Below, piece by piece: positions 39,389-51,554 of a stretch of 64,000 nt of DNA. The position numbers were made by a program, and so were the translations under genes. The stretch spans positions 2,046,001-2,110,000 of the forward strand of contig OX597816.1 of assembly GCA_951406725.2 (NCBI GenBank), given 5' to 3'. A model generated the notes under the pieces. That model searched no databases and was not told the origin of the DNA. It worked only from the letters and a program-made list of their open reading frames with translations. Position 1 is the stretch's first letter. Each line of letters opens with the position of its first letter. This DNA is from Octopus vulgaris. Its lineage: Eukaryota.

Positions 39389-40622
39389 CAGAGAGGAAGT
39401 CGACAAAATAATGGAAACACCATGAAATTTTAAACAAATTAATTTTAATATGGAATAGAACTGCCTTTGGCAGTAATTATAGCTTGGTATGGATTTGTAC
39501 AAAATTTGAATTGTTTCCAAAGGAATCTTTGTCTGATTTTCAGCTAAAACAGTCTCCAGTTCTTGTAGTAATATGATGGTAGAGGATATCGACTCCTTAC
39601 TTGTTTTTCTAAAATGCACCATAAATGTTCAATAATATTGAGATCTGGGGACTGTGGTGGCCAGATAAGATGTTCAACTTCATTAGAATGTTCCTCGTGC
39701 CATTCAGTAACAACTTTAGCTGTGTGAATTGGTGCATTATCATCCTGGTGTTTCCCTCTGGAAACAGTTCCGCAACCGTATGATGAATTTGATGAGATAA
39801 AATGCTTAAATAATCTTGACTATTAATTCTGCCATGAATGGAAGCCATTGGGCTGGCAAATTTCCAAGATATAGCCCCCAAATCATCACAGATCCTCCTC
39901 CATGTTTAACAGTTGGAAGAAGGCAACCTGGGTCAAATGCTTCTTTTGGCTGTTTCCACACGTATACTTGACCGGTGGTTGGAAATAAGGTAAAGGATGA
40001 CTTGTCAGAGAAAATAACATTCTTCCACTGCTCTAGGGACCAATTCTGTAGGTTTTTACTCCACTCTGAATGCTTTACAACGTTTGTTTTTGAAAGTAGT
40101 AGTTTTCTGATTGCAGCCCTCCCATGAAATCTGGTTTTGTGCAGCTCCTGGTGAACAGTTTTTGTGGAAACTGGGTCCTTGAGGTGGTCATTGAGCTGTA
40201 CTTTTGTGATAGTTTCTAACAATTTGTGTAAGAGTCCGACGGTCCCTATCTGAAAGTTTCGGTTTTCTTCTGAAGTTTTTTTTCGACGAGGAGGTTTTTC
40301 CCTCTTTCTCAAAGGCTGTCAATACTTTTGAGACAGTACTTCTTGATGCACCAAACATTTTGGCTGTTTTTGTTAGGATAGCGCCTGCCATACAAGCACC
40401 ATCAATTTGACCTCTTTGAAAGTCTGATAGATCTGTCATTTTAATGAATTTTAACTACCTTTTTCTGATGATATCTGAAAAGAAACAGCAATTTTAGCAA
40501 AACATATTAAGCAGCACTAATAATAAATCAAAAAACATAAACGTAAACAAGCTTTTGATGGTTTTACAGATATTTCAAAATTATGAGATGCTAGGTGTTT
40601 CCATTATTTTGTCCAACCTCTG
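39389..40622 (-). mobile_element. Near full-length Tc1-like transposon with frameshifted transposase (about 39450-40439)
   Basis: TIR core GACAAAATAATGGAAACACC at both ends. Peptides DLSDFQRGQI, KPKLSDRDRR, WKNVIFSDKS, TVKHGGGSVMIWG, QDDNAPIH and WPPQSPDLNIIEHLW (DD34E type). Confidence 0.93.
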
Positions 40623-40628
40623 TATATA

Positions 40629-40672
<44 letters not shown>

Positions 40673-40714
40673 TATAAGTATACATAAGGGAACGAGGTGT
40701 ATGTACGCACAATA

Positions 40715-40998
40715 ATATAGGTATAAAAATTATATATAAAGAAACAAGAACGTGAAATACACAAAGGGACGAACACAGAAAACAGACGGGTCATTCGAAG
40801 CCTTTAATCTTCAGTCAGAAACCGGATCATCATAGAAAAAGTCGGAGCAAATATCAGAATTAATCAGCCGAAATTTGCTATGATGATCCGGTTTCTGACT
40901 GAAGATTAAAGGCTTCGAATGACCCGTCTGTTTTCTGTGTTCGTCCCTTTGTGTATTTCACGTTCTTGTTTCTTTATATATAATTTTTATACCTATAT
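40715..40998. repeat. Perfect inverted repeat, 121-bp arms and 42-nt loop
   Basis: 40715-40835 is the reverse complement of 40878-40998. Flanked by (TA)n. Confidence 0.92.
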
Positions 40999-41005
40999 AT
41001 ATATA

Positions 41006-41190
41006 GGTGGCACGTAAAAAGCACCCACTACACTCACGGAGTGGTTGGCGCTAGGAAGGGCATCCAGCTGTAGAAACATTGCCACATAAGACTGGAACCT
41101 GGTGAAGCCTTCTGGCTTCCCAGATCCCCGGTCGAACCGTCCAACCCATGCTAGCATGGAGAACGGACGTTAAACGATGAAGATGATGAT
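41006..41190 (+). mobile_element. RTE-type 3' end repeat (family B)
   Basis: Nearly identical to 38852-39033. Confidence 0.85.
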
Positions 41191-41664
41191 ATATATATAT
41201 ATATATGATGATGATGATGATGATGATATATATATATATATATACTAGCTTAAGAACCTCTCTCTGTGCAGATTTTTAAGCTAGCTATTGTGGAAGGCTA
41301 ATTAGGCCTGCAGCTGCAAACTAAAGAGAACTAAACAGCATGGCTGTAATACATCTATAATGACTCTATGCTGCCCTGGTGGTGTTTGATCAGAGGTTAA
41401 AGATGGGTGAGAATTAATTCTGTAATGCAATCATTCTATTGTTGCAGTCCCAAGTTGAATTCCAAGTGTTGGCCAATGTATCCCAAAGTTCTTATCTTGA
41501 TGTAAAATTAATGAATCAGCCAAGCTTTACCTGCTGGAAATAACAACCCAAATGCTTTTAAATCGGATCCCAGTGCTGGATGTTCAAGAACCAAATGAAG
41601 GGCAGATTTTCAAACCCAGGATCATACTGATTTCAGAAAGTTATAATATATCTATGTAGAGCAA

Positions 41665-42790
41665 ATGCCTGTTAGCTGGTCCCTCACTATCCATGGTATG
41701 CCTATAGCTGGTCCCACCATTGATCTTTGCATAATAAAATCGATGACCATCAGAAACAATATTGGTGATGGGAGACAGCCTTGCCTTACTCCAGTGATGA
41801 TCTTAAGGAAACCTGTGTATCCATACACTGTTTTAATGAATCAACTTGAGTTGTAGAAACTGCTAAGCAGATTGATGTAATTGTCTGGTATTCCATGCAC
41901 TTCTGTAATCTCCCAGAGGGTCTCTTTATGCACCCTGTCAAATGCCTTTTCGAAGTCAATGAAGTTTATTATTAGTGGTCCTTGGTTTTCCATGCATTGT
42001 TCTATGATGTTGTGCAGTGTGAATATTTGCTCGCAGCATGATCTGCAGATGACATTGCCTTGTTGGCAGAGAATCGCCCAACATTACAAGAAATGACAAC
42101 AAAAATGGAAAGGGAAACAGAAGTTAAAATCGAAGGTAATGTGAGTTGCGAAACAAGTTGAAAGCTGGACCAGTGAAAGCTGGACAAGACCCAGTTGAAG
42201 AAGTTACAAGCTTCACGTATCTGGGAAGCATAGTGACAAACAATCGCGATGCAAAGACAGATGTTAGCTGCAGAATTGCAAGGCAGCGGCTGTATTTGGT
42301 GTGGCAACAATATGAGGAGAGAGCTGAAGATTCGCCTGTACAAAACAGTAATACTGCCAATATCAGTATGCAGTTGAGACCTGGAAGATGACAGCAAAAA
42401 TTGCTTGCCAACTCAATGTATTTCTTCAGCAGTGCCTCAGAAAGATCCTATGAATCACTTATTGAGACAGAGTGACAAATGAAACCATTCTCCAAGCAGC
42501 AAGAGTAAGGCCCCTGCATGCAATTGTAAGCGAACAACAAACGAGAATGGCAGGACACATACTAAGACTGCGAGAGGAGAGGCTTGCCAAAACAGGCATG
42601 GGCTTAGATGCTGCTGGAAGATAAAAGGAAAAGGGGCCGGTTGAGGAAGACATGGAGTTGGTACCTACAGAGAAGACCTATGCAGACTGAACATTACGTG
42701 GGAAGAAGCATACCGGTTGGCCAGAGACAGATAATTGGTATTCAATGACAACCTAATGTGCTACTCAGAGGGACCAACGACCCTAAAGAA
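41665..42790 (+). mobile_element. Truncated RTE LINE with inverted 5' part (41665-42046 on -, 42044-42790 on +)
   Basis: - strand: RSCCEQIF, FIDFEKAFDRV, GVRQGCLPSPILF. + strand: ADDIALLAEN, VEEVTSFTYLGSIV and the RTE C-terminal region. Confidence 0.9.
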
Positions 42791-44920
42791 GAATAGCAAA
42801 TGTAGACTGAGAGACAGGGGTCCTGGACAGACAGAATTTCACATTTATTATTATTCATATATGTATGTATATATATATATCTCATTGCTGTTAAAAACCT
42901 AAAAATTAATATTTTGGTATTTGTCTCCATCTTGTTACTTGAAAATAAAATATGTCTCCGTTTCAATTTGGTCTGATTGAAATAAAGATGTTGTTTTGCT
43001 TTTGCCATGGTTTGTTGAAATATTTTTGTTGTGTTTGATGTTTATTTCATTCCATATGAAAAACAAAACAATCATATTTGCTCAGTTTGTGAGGGAGCCA
43101 GACAAAATGATGGTATGTTCGTTTTAAATGTCAATTGTCTGGAATAATATTATGAACTAGATTGTAATCTGCATTTTGTCCATTTCTCTTGTGTGAAAAA
43201 ATAAAAAGAAAAGAAAAGAAAAGGAGTTATTCTGAAAATTCTATTGTTCGCTTTAATTATTATAGAAGACCAGTGTGATTGAATTTCAGTTGAATGACTT
43301 CTGACTGGTGCTTTATAGAAAGAGACTATCAATAAAATACCTATTTTTGGATTTGTATTTATGTTAGAGAGAATCGTTGTTTTGAACATTAAGAAGAAGA
43401 AGAAAAAAAAACCTCTATTGATTCGTTGTTGCATAAAGACTTATTTTTTCCTCCTCTTTGTAGATAATGTTTTTCTGATGATATTCATTGTAGCTGCACT
43501 TTTTTAAATGGAGTTTTCATTTGTTACGGCAAATTTTCTCAAATTTCTCTCTCAGAATGAAGCAAACTATATTTCTGGTTTGAAATCAATAAGTGCAAAT
43601 TGTGCTGATTGAACATCTGCATTTTATGTTGAAGTGCAGTGCAACTTTTCTGTGCAATGCATTTTTTTTTAATGATTTTTCAATTATTGGGTATTACTAA
43701 TTTTATGTTTCTGAGAAAGACAAAAAAATGCTGTATTTCTAAATGAAGTAATGCATACTTTTTATAGAGGATAAACTTATTTCGTAAATGGTTTTGTAGA
43801 AAATGCTAAATTTAGATGCGTAGTGCATGACCTATGCTTGATTTCTTTTCAGCACCATTAAGATGTCTCAGTTCAACAAAATAATGCTGCCTTCATTCAA
43901 ATAGTCTTAGGCTGAATAACTAATTACTCAAGGCTTACAGTTTGATATAAAACCAGTTTCTTCATATAAATTGTTTATTTTTCATTACTTTTAATGATTA
44001 CTGGTAGTAGTTATTTCTCTACATAAACCCTCCACATTATTTGAAATTTATTTTCTTTCTTAAATAGAATTTTAAAATTCTGTATATTTTCCTAACAAAA
44101 CCTAATTTAGCTTCTGTAAAAGAAATTAAATTTTTGTTTCAAAATGTTTTTAAGTTTCAAAAATTATGCAGGATTATTATTTTTAGCCACAAGTTAAATC
44201 ACCAGAGATGCTGTATCATCTGTTACTGAATCAAGTTTGCTTTAAAAAGCTTGAACACATTCTTGGAAAACTGGTAATCTGTAACAAATCAAATTAGTAG
44301 AAAAATGAAATTCATGTAATGTATATAAATCCCTGCGGGATATTTGGGCTATAATTAACCTAGCTTTAGCATATTTGGTTTTTTTTTTATGATTAGACTA
44401 ATTCTGGTATTTTTTGTGTATGTCTTCCAGTTCTTGTAATGGTCCTGTTTGAGGATACTCATGTCCTGAATAAGAAAAACATTCTGTATAGTTGTTGGTT
44501 GCTGACAATGGTGATAGTTCATTCTAGCATAGCATTGAATAGGTTTTGAATTTTGTTGTAATCAAGTCATTTGTGTCTATCATTTTCAGTTGTTGTAAAG
44601 GGTTTCACTTAAAAAAAAAAAATTAAAAAATCAAAAAAAATCACAAACCACAACTGGAGCAAAGAATAAATAATTTCTCTTGTTTTCTTTTTAAATAAAT
44701 TCACAGAGAAGCCACTTGTGAAGTAGATTTGATTTTGAATGGTTGGAAAATGTTGAAACACTGACTCCCAATATATGTGCTACTTCAGACAGTTTTAATT
44801 AGAACCCCACCTCCTATATTAGTCTCTTAAATTGATTATTTGCAACAGCAGCAGCAATAAATTAAATGTATAAAGTTGTGAGATGAGTTATTGTTATAAA
44901 AATGTTACAATGACAAATTC

Positions 44921-45133
44921 TGACCCTTTAGTTACCATATTTCTATAGAAATACATTGCCTTTGTTTCTTAATTTTGAAAATAGCGACAAATTTAGTAAA
45001 ATAACTTTTGCCATTATTAAACTGATGTTTGCTACATGAATTAGTTAGAAATTTTTAATTTAGATCACTTTAAAACAGGAAGTTTTCATTGTATAAGGAG
45101 GGTCAATCTCAGGTGAGTTGTTTATGAAAAGGG
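44921..45133. mobile_element. TTAA MITE, family D
   Basis: CCCTTTAGTTACC...ATGAAAAGGG-TTAA with homologous body. Confidence 0.7.
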
Positions 45134-47030
45134 TTAAGCCAAAGGCAGGCTGTATGCTTGGCAGTTGCTCCCTCCTTGATTGATTGTTAATGCAGGCTGT
45201 CTGACAAGTCTTGTGGTCAAGTTTAAACTTGTGCCATTAAGACAGTCTATAATACTTTCTTCTCTCTATTTAGGTTTCAGGATTTACAATATGCAACATC
45301 ATCAATAATAAAATAAATAAAAGAATCCATTAATGAATAGAGCAATCGTTAAATCTACCTGTGAAATTATAACACACACACACACACACACACACACAAA
45401 GACCAGTGAGGGAGCCTTAATAGGGGGGTGCTGACTGAGAAAACGAATAAGTCTATTCAGTCAAGCTGCCAGAAATAGCTGCTAAATTTCTCTCAAACTG
45501 CACCCTACGTCTTAGAAAAGGCATTCTGGATAATGTGTTCTGAACTCCCTGTATACATGGGATTTAAGACAGAATGGTCACAGCTGCAATGCCTTTGATC
45601 AGAGAGCTGCTCACTCTGGTTGACCTACAGTTAAACAACAATGAAAACAATGACATTTAAATTAAACCATTATTTTCTTTCATTTTTTTTTTTATTGGAA
45701 GAAATAGTGGTGCTTGATCTAATCTGATGTTGGTACCAGGTTTATCTAGAAATATTGATTTCTAATGTTTTGGAGTAGGGTATGAGTGAATATATCAACC
45801 CCAGTACTCATTTCATGATCCTAGAAGGATAATGTTGACTCTGGTGGGAATTGAACTTAGAATGTAAAATGTCCTTACTAAATACTGCCAAACATTTTGT
45901 CCAATATTCTACCAATTCTGTTCAATAACACAGTCTGAGTTGTTTGCATGGTGAGTTTTTTTTTCAGTGAAGCATATAACTCTACCTACATTTATCTTGC
46001 AATAAAAACTGGTACTCTTTCCAATTAAAATACATTTTAATATTGGTATTTTCGAATAGTATCATTTGCAAAATCAACAAGCATAGAGAATGGAATACAG
46101 AATCAAATATTGCATAGAATCAGGCAGTCTTTGATTACATATTGTTTAGATTGTGGTTCCATGTCCAGGTTTTCTCTTCTAGCAAATGAGTTCGTTTTGA
46201 ATGTTCTCCTTATACGGGATGCTTTCTTTCTAAAATTCTTCCGGAATATTGCAGAGAATGAAATGTTCAAAATTAGTGGGAATAAGAAACCTGTAGGCAA
46301 TGATTTTTCACTTTCATAATTTTTTGTGAGCTGCACAAAGAAACAAACCAATCACCACTCTTAAATATGCAAATGCGTCTGATTGTGTTTTTTGTCTTTT
46401 TTCTCTTAAGTACGATTTTGAGCAAGAGTATACAATTCAGCTCAATGGATTACATTTTATACAAAATATTATTGCAAATTCAACCACTTTCCAACCTTTA
46501 AGTGTTCAAAAATGTATTTAGCACTGTTTACATCATATGCAGGTACGGTTGTGTGGTTAAGGTGTTTTGCTTTGCAACCAAAGAGTTTTGGATTTGAGTT
46601 CATTGCAGAGCTTGACTGCTATCTTGAGCAGTATTTGGTGGATGCAAAGGGAGCAGAATCCTATTAAATGTATGAGTTTGTGTGTGTGTGTGTGTGTCCT
46701 TGTCTGTATCTAAAGCAAGCCTAAAAACTGGTACTGTTGTATTACTGTTCTGTAATTTAGTAGTTCAACAAATATTTATGAAATCACTATTTGTATTGTT
46801 ACAATTGAATAAATTCTTAAAGATGGTGCCCAGCATGGCCACAGCCCAATGGCTGAAACCTGTAATAGAAAGAAAGAAAGAATCATTTGCAAGATGAAAG
46901 CTTGGACAGTATGAGTTTTCAATGAAAAGGTAGTAGGCTAAATAGGTTGGTTTTATATATATATATATATTTAATTTAATTCTGTTATTAAGATTGATTT
47001 CTTAATCTATAATATGTTCTCTTTGTTCAG

Positions 47031-47063
47031 AACAGGAGTCCCCCTCCCTCCCATATGAAGAGG
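47031..47063 (+). CDS. Weak candidate 33-nt microexon (NRSPPPSHMKR or EQESPSLPYEE)
   Basis: Good acceptor ATGTTCTCTTTGTTCAG and a GC-richer island, but the donor AGG|GTTAAA is weak. Confidence 0.25.
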
Positions 47064-48057
47064 GTTAAAAACATTCACTTAAACTTTGATGTAATTTTAA
47101 TGATGCTACATTGTGATCCAAATGGATGCAGGAAATATTGTGAAGAAAAGCTCAAAATTGTCCGTTCATATTATGAAGCTTGATTTTATTTATTTTTTAA
47201 AATTTAGTTTAATTTGTATTTTTTTTTTTATTGTTGATAAGGAAAGCATTGAATAAATGAACAAGCGAAGGATTTAGATGTTTAGAAGTCTGTGAAATAC
47301 AATTGCTTTATATGTACAGAACTCTATAATCAGATTCTGTTTGTTGTTCGATGCCACAACATCATTTATAATGTGTGTGAGAAATTTGTATAACTATGAA
47401 ATAGATTATGTAACATCCCTAACAATCTTCTAATAAAATGCAATGCGTGTGTCATGCTTGTAAGGGACCAAAATAACAGAGTTGGAGTGAGTGATATTCA
47501 GATGTTAAATGCAAGTGAACTAAAGAATAAGGTTTTGTTTTGGAATTGCTGTACAAATTTTTATCATAACCTAAGTTTACTTCAACAGTCTCTCTCTCTG
47601 TTTCTCTTTCTATCTCTGCCCCTCTCTCATCTTTTTTCTATTGTTTTAGTTCATTTTTCCACGCTTACCTTTAATGACACTTTCTTTTCAAATAAAGGAT
47701 AAAATATTCACATACATACATACATACATATGTACATGTATGCACATGCGTTGGTATATATATGTGTGTGTGTGTGTTAAGAAGTTTGCTACTCAATCAC
47801 ACTCTGTCCCTGAACCAAAGCTTTGTGAATGGATTTGGTAGATTGAAACTGAGAGAAGGCTGTGTGTGTCTTTTTGCCTGTGTTTGTCCCCCATCACCTC
47901 TTCTTGGCTTATGTCCCCATAACTTAGTGGTGCAATGAAAAACTGATTCAATAAATATCCGGTCTCTAAAAAGTAAATACTGGGGTTGATTCATTCGACT
48001 AAAACCCCTACATTACATGGCTTTAGTTTAATGACAAACAAATAAAAGGTGCGCACG

Positions 48058-48128
<71 letters not shown>

Positions 48129-48290
48129 TGAATGTTTTCAACTATAGCCCTGGGCCAACCAAATCATTAGGAGTAGATTTGGTAGATGGAAACTGAAAGA
48201 ACCTCACAATATATATGTATGGATGTAAGTAGGTATCTGTGTGTGAGTATCATATATACACATACATGCACACATCCATTCATATGCATA

Positions 48291-48355
<65 letters not shown>

Positions 48356-48652
48356 TTGTTTTACTCTCTTTGTCTTGACATCAGGCAGTAGTTGTAAACG
48401 AGTGTCTCTGTCATGCAAGACATATTATTTGTTTCCAATCTTCCACATAATCATGTCTAGGCATGGTGGAATATTACTTTACTTGGAATGGATCGGCGAT
48501 AAGAATGACATCTGGCTGTACGTAATCTATTTGATTCCTGCAGGCATAGAATAGCAGGTATTTCATATATATTGTCAATATAAGATGTATCAGAATAAGA
48601 AGCACACTCTAAAGAACAGAGCAGTATCTAATCCTAATGTTAAAGTCTGGTC

Positions 48653-48718
48653 ATAGAGTGACCATTGGTTTCGTATCCACAAAAGCTTCAGCCTTGTGGA
48701 CAGCTCATCAGACTATAC
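48653..48718 (-). ncRNA. Type I hammerhead ribozyme, canonical core
   Basis: - strand reads tatagt CTGATGA gctgtccacaaggc-tgaa-gcttttgtggatac GAAA ccaatg GTC actctat. All core nucleotides present, long stem II, GUC cleavage triplet. Confidence 0.8.
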
Positions 48719-49297
48719 AAAGGCAGATTTAACTTTTCACTTCATGGAGACAGAGTAAAGCTAGGACAAAAATGCAAATCTAGCCAGCACCCAAGCTTGT
48801 AAATATATTGGATTGGCAATCACAGCTTTCAAGTGATGCTTTTGAAACACCATTCATCCTTCAGAGTCCTAGAAAGACATTTTGTCATGTCCCTGGCCAG
48901 CCATATGTGGTACTTCAAAGATCAAGGGACTCCATATGATATGAGATGGAAAATCATAGAACAACCAGGCCCATATATTAATAGGAGCAAGTGCTGTAAA
49001 ATTTCCATCGCAGAGTGAACCAAAATTCTTTAAAACTATGCTAAACCTGGCACATTAAATAATCATAAAGGAATTTTCTTGAAACATGTTCATCTCAAGC
49101 ATTACCTACTGGAAAATTGTGTCTCCCCATTTGCTGTTTAAACTAATGAGAACTCAATGAAATTGATCCGAACTTCCATTATCCTCTAGTCCAGGAGAAA
49201 TAACCCATCCTCAATAAAATTTCTCTGTTAACCATTCGACAATTTTGTCCTAACTTTTCTTTGCCTCCATGAAGTGAAAACTTGAATTTGTTTTTGT

Positions 49298-49357
49298 ATA
49301 GAGTCTGATGAGCTGTCCACAAGGCTGTAGTGGATATGAAATCAATGGTCACCCTAT
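49298..49357 (+). ncRNA. Type I hammerhead ribozyme (slightly decayed copy)
   Basis: atagagt CTGATGA(49305-49311) gctgtccac...gtggatat GAAA(49338-49341) tcaatg GTC(49348-49350) accctat. Stem I pairs 6 of 7. Confidence 0.72.
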
Positions 49358-49390
49358 GATCAGACTTTAGCTTTATGTATTATGTATGTG

Positions 49391-49451
<61 letters not shown>

Positions 49452-49455
<4 letters not shown>

Positions 49456-49698
49456 GGAGTAAACACATAAATGTGAAACAAGGTGGAAAATAGAGTACTC
49501 AAATACCAGTGGTAGAGTAATATGCTTTATTTAAAAGCAGCAGAAAATTCAACAAAACCTGTTACTCTGAGTTTCACGTTCCTGTTCGTTGGACAGTTTT
49601 TGCTAGAAAAAACCGTCTAGCAAAAACTGTCCGACGAACGGGAACGTGAAACTCAGAGTAACAGGTTTTGTTGAATTTTCTGCTGCTTTTAAATAAAG
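49452..49698. mobile_element. Short hairpin element (83-bp arms, 8-nt loop) in (TA)n, Penelope-related
   Basis: 49525-49607 versus 49616-49698 differ at two positions. Leader homologous to 21897-21977. Confidence 0.8.
49623..49669 (+). ncRNA. Minimal type I hammerhead motif with CCGACGA core variant
   Basis: aaaactgt CCGACGA acg-GGAA-cgt GAAA ctcaga GTA acaggtttt. Stems I, II and a near-palindromic III all form, but U4 is C. Confidence 0.6.
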
Positions 49699-50425
49699 TA
49701 TATATATATATATATATATATATATAGGAAGTTATTTTCAACCAACACATTACAACTGTATCTGATGCTGACATTTATCAGTGGGTTTTTTGCCCCCATT
49801 ATTTTGATGCACTATTTTCTATCATTAATAAAACTGTCAGCATGGATATGCTTGTTTTTGGTAATAGTTTGGTTGTGTGTTCACTTATTAAGCAGCCGAA
49901 CAATTGCTTAGTAATGATGTGTCCTAAGAAAGTCATAATTTAGTTGTCAGTAGCTATTATCATTGGTGTTAGGAAGGCCATCCAGCTGTAGAAATCAAGC
50001 CAAATCAGATTGTAACCAGGTGCAGCTCTCCTTGTCAAACAATCTCACCCATGCCAGAATAGAGAATGGACATTAAAAGATGATGATAACCCCCCCCCCA
50101 TCGTCATCACCATTCCACTGCCATCATCATCACCACTACTACCACAATTATTTTAATGTCAATTTTTACTATTTTTGCATGGATCACATGTGTCTATGTT
50201 GGGGGAAGAGTCTTCTATGGTGGGACACCCTTCTTGGTACCAACCTTTACTTGTATCCCAGTAAATTAACAATCCCCCAGTCTATTGAACAGCAAAGAGC
50301 CTGGACGTAGTTATGCAGAGAACTTGAAATGGAACCCTTTGAGTGTACCTATTGTTTATATTATTGTGCACGATGCCAAGAAGCTCTGGCATTTAATGAC
50401 AAACTTAAAATAGTTGTAAAGTAGT

Positions 50426-50511
50426 TAACATGGAATATAGACATTAGAATAAAATGCTAACATGGAATATAGACATTAGAATTAAATGCTAACATGGAAT
50501 ATAGACATTAG
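50426..50511. repeat. Minisatellite, 32-bp unit x 2.7
   Basis: TAACATGGAATATAGACATTAG at 50426, 50458 and 50490. Confidence 0.9.
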
Positions 50512-50913
50512 GTAGGATTATTATTTAGTATTTAGATGCCGTTATTTTTAAAAATCTTCTTTGTATGTGTTCCATATCATGGTTATCTGCTTTAAAATTA
50601 AAATTTTTCTGTAACTTTTCAAGAAAAACACTGCAAAAATGAATTTCGATTGATGAGCTTTGTGAATTTTTTGGAAGAGATCCTTGCCATCTTCTGTTCT
50701 TGGGAAATGTAATTCAGTTTGATATTATTTAAATGCATCATTGTACTCATTTTCTCTTGTAATTTGTGAAATGGCAGCTGGACAAAGCAAACAGTATTTA
50801 TGTGTGGGGAAGACATGGAAGGAGATTCTTTCTGTTTGGTACTTTGGTCTCCCTTGAGTATTCCTTTTGGAATCAGCATTTGAGAAAAATAGAATATAAT
50901 GCCATTAGTTTAA

Positions 50914-51136
50914 CCCCTTTCGTTACCATATTTCTGTTGAGATGCTCTGTGTTTCTTTCAATTAATTTTAAATATAACAAAGAATTTAGTAAGATAACTT
51001 AGTTACCATTAAGTTAGTGTTAGGAACATAAATTGTGACTAAGGTTTGGTGGAAGATTTTAATTCAGAATTTTTGAAAATAAGACATTTGTACTACAGAG
51101 CCAGAGGCGGTTTCAAGCGGGTTAGTATGAAAAGGG
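50914..51136. mobile_element. Well preserved TTAA (piggyBac-type) MITE, family D
   Basis: TTAA-CCCCTTTCGTTAC...GTATGAAAAGGG-TTAA. Confidence 0.85.
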
Positions 51137-51294
51137 TTAATCTCTTTGAAAACAGATAGAAAGTGAAACAGCTATGAATTAGTGTAAATTTTCTATTTGA
51201 TGGCCGAGTTCAGTGTTTCCTAACTTGCATATGAATAATATGGCTCTGTGTATGTGACTTCTGTCTGAAGGTTTTCTTCTTCCTCTACTAAAAG

Positions 51295-51374
51295 GTGTGT
51301 GTTGAGTGACATTCACAAAAGAAGAAAGAAATATAGAATGTCTGATTTACAGCAAATGTATAGAACAATTCCAG
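51295..51374 (+). CDS. Weak candidate 80-nt exon with GC donor (xCVLSDIHKRRKKYRMSDLQQMYRTIP)
   Basis: Pyrimidine tract TTTTCTTCTTCCTCTACTAAAAG, one open frame, CAG|GCAAGA fits the GC-AG donor consensus. Confidence 0.25.
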
Positions 51375-51544
51375 GCAAGACGTTTGCACATATATGAGAT
51401 AGTGTATGTATATGGAGAGTACAACAAGAAAACCACCAACATTTTACATTTGGTGCTAGTGGAGTTAAACAGATGTCAACAGTGTCTCTATGTAACATTT
51501 ATTAAGGATGGTGAATCTGGGTTTTTTTTTTTTTTGCCCTGCAG

Positions 51545-51554
51545 TTTTAAAAGG
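51545..51554 (+). CDS. Candidate 10-nt microexon TTTTAAAAGG
   Basis: Strong acceptor (T)nGCCCTGCAG and donor AGG|GTAACC. Confidence 0.3.

Larger units (their letters stand above)
48575..49370 (+). mobile_element. 5'-truncated Penelope-like element with inverted pLTR
   Basis: SLASHMWYFKDQGTPYDMRWKIIEQPGPYINRSKCCKISIAE..KIL...TLN resembles the C-terminal part of the PLE GIY-YIG endonuclease. 48641-48720 is an inverted copy of 49294-49369, and both carry hammerhead motifs. Confidence 0.8.

Noticed and set aside
45273-45335. Strong acceptor followed by AATAAA, a possible terminal exon
   Set aside because: Such signals are common in AT-rich DNA and there is no other support.
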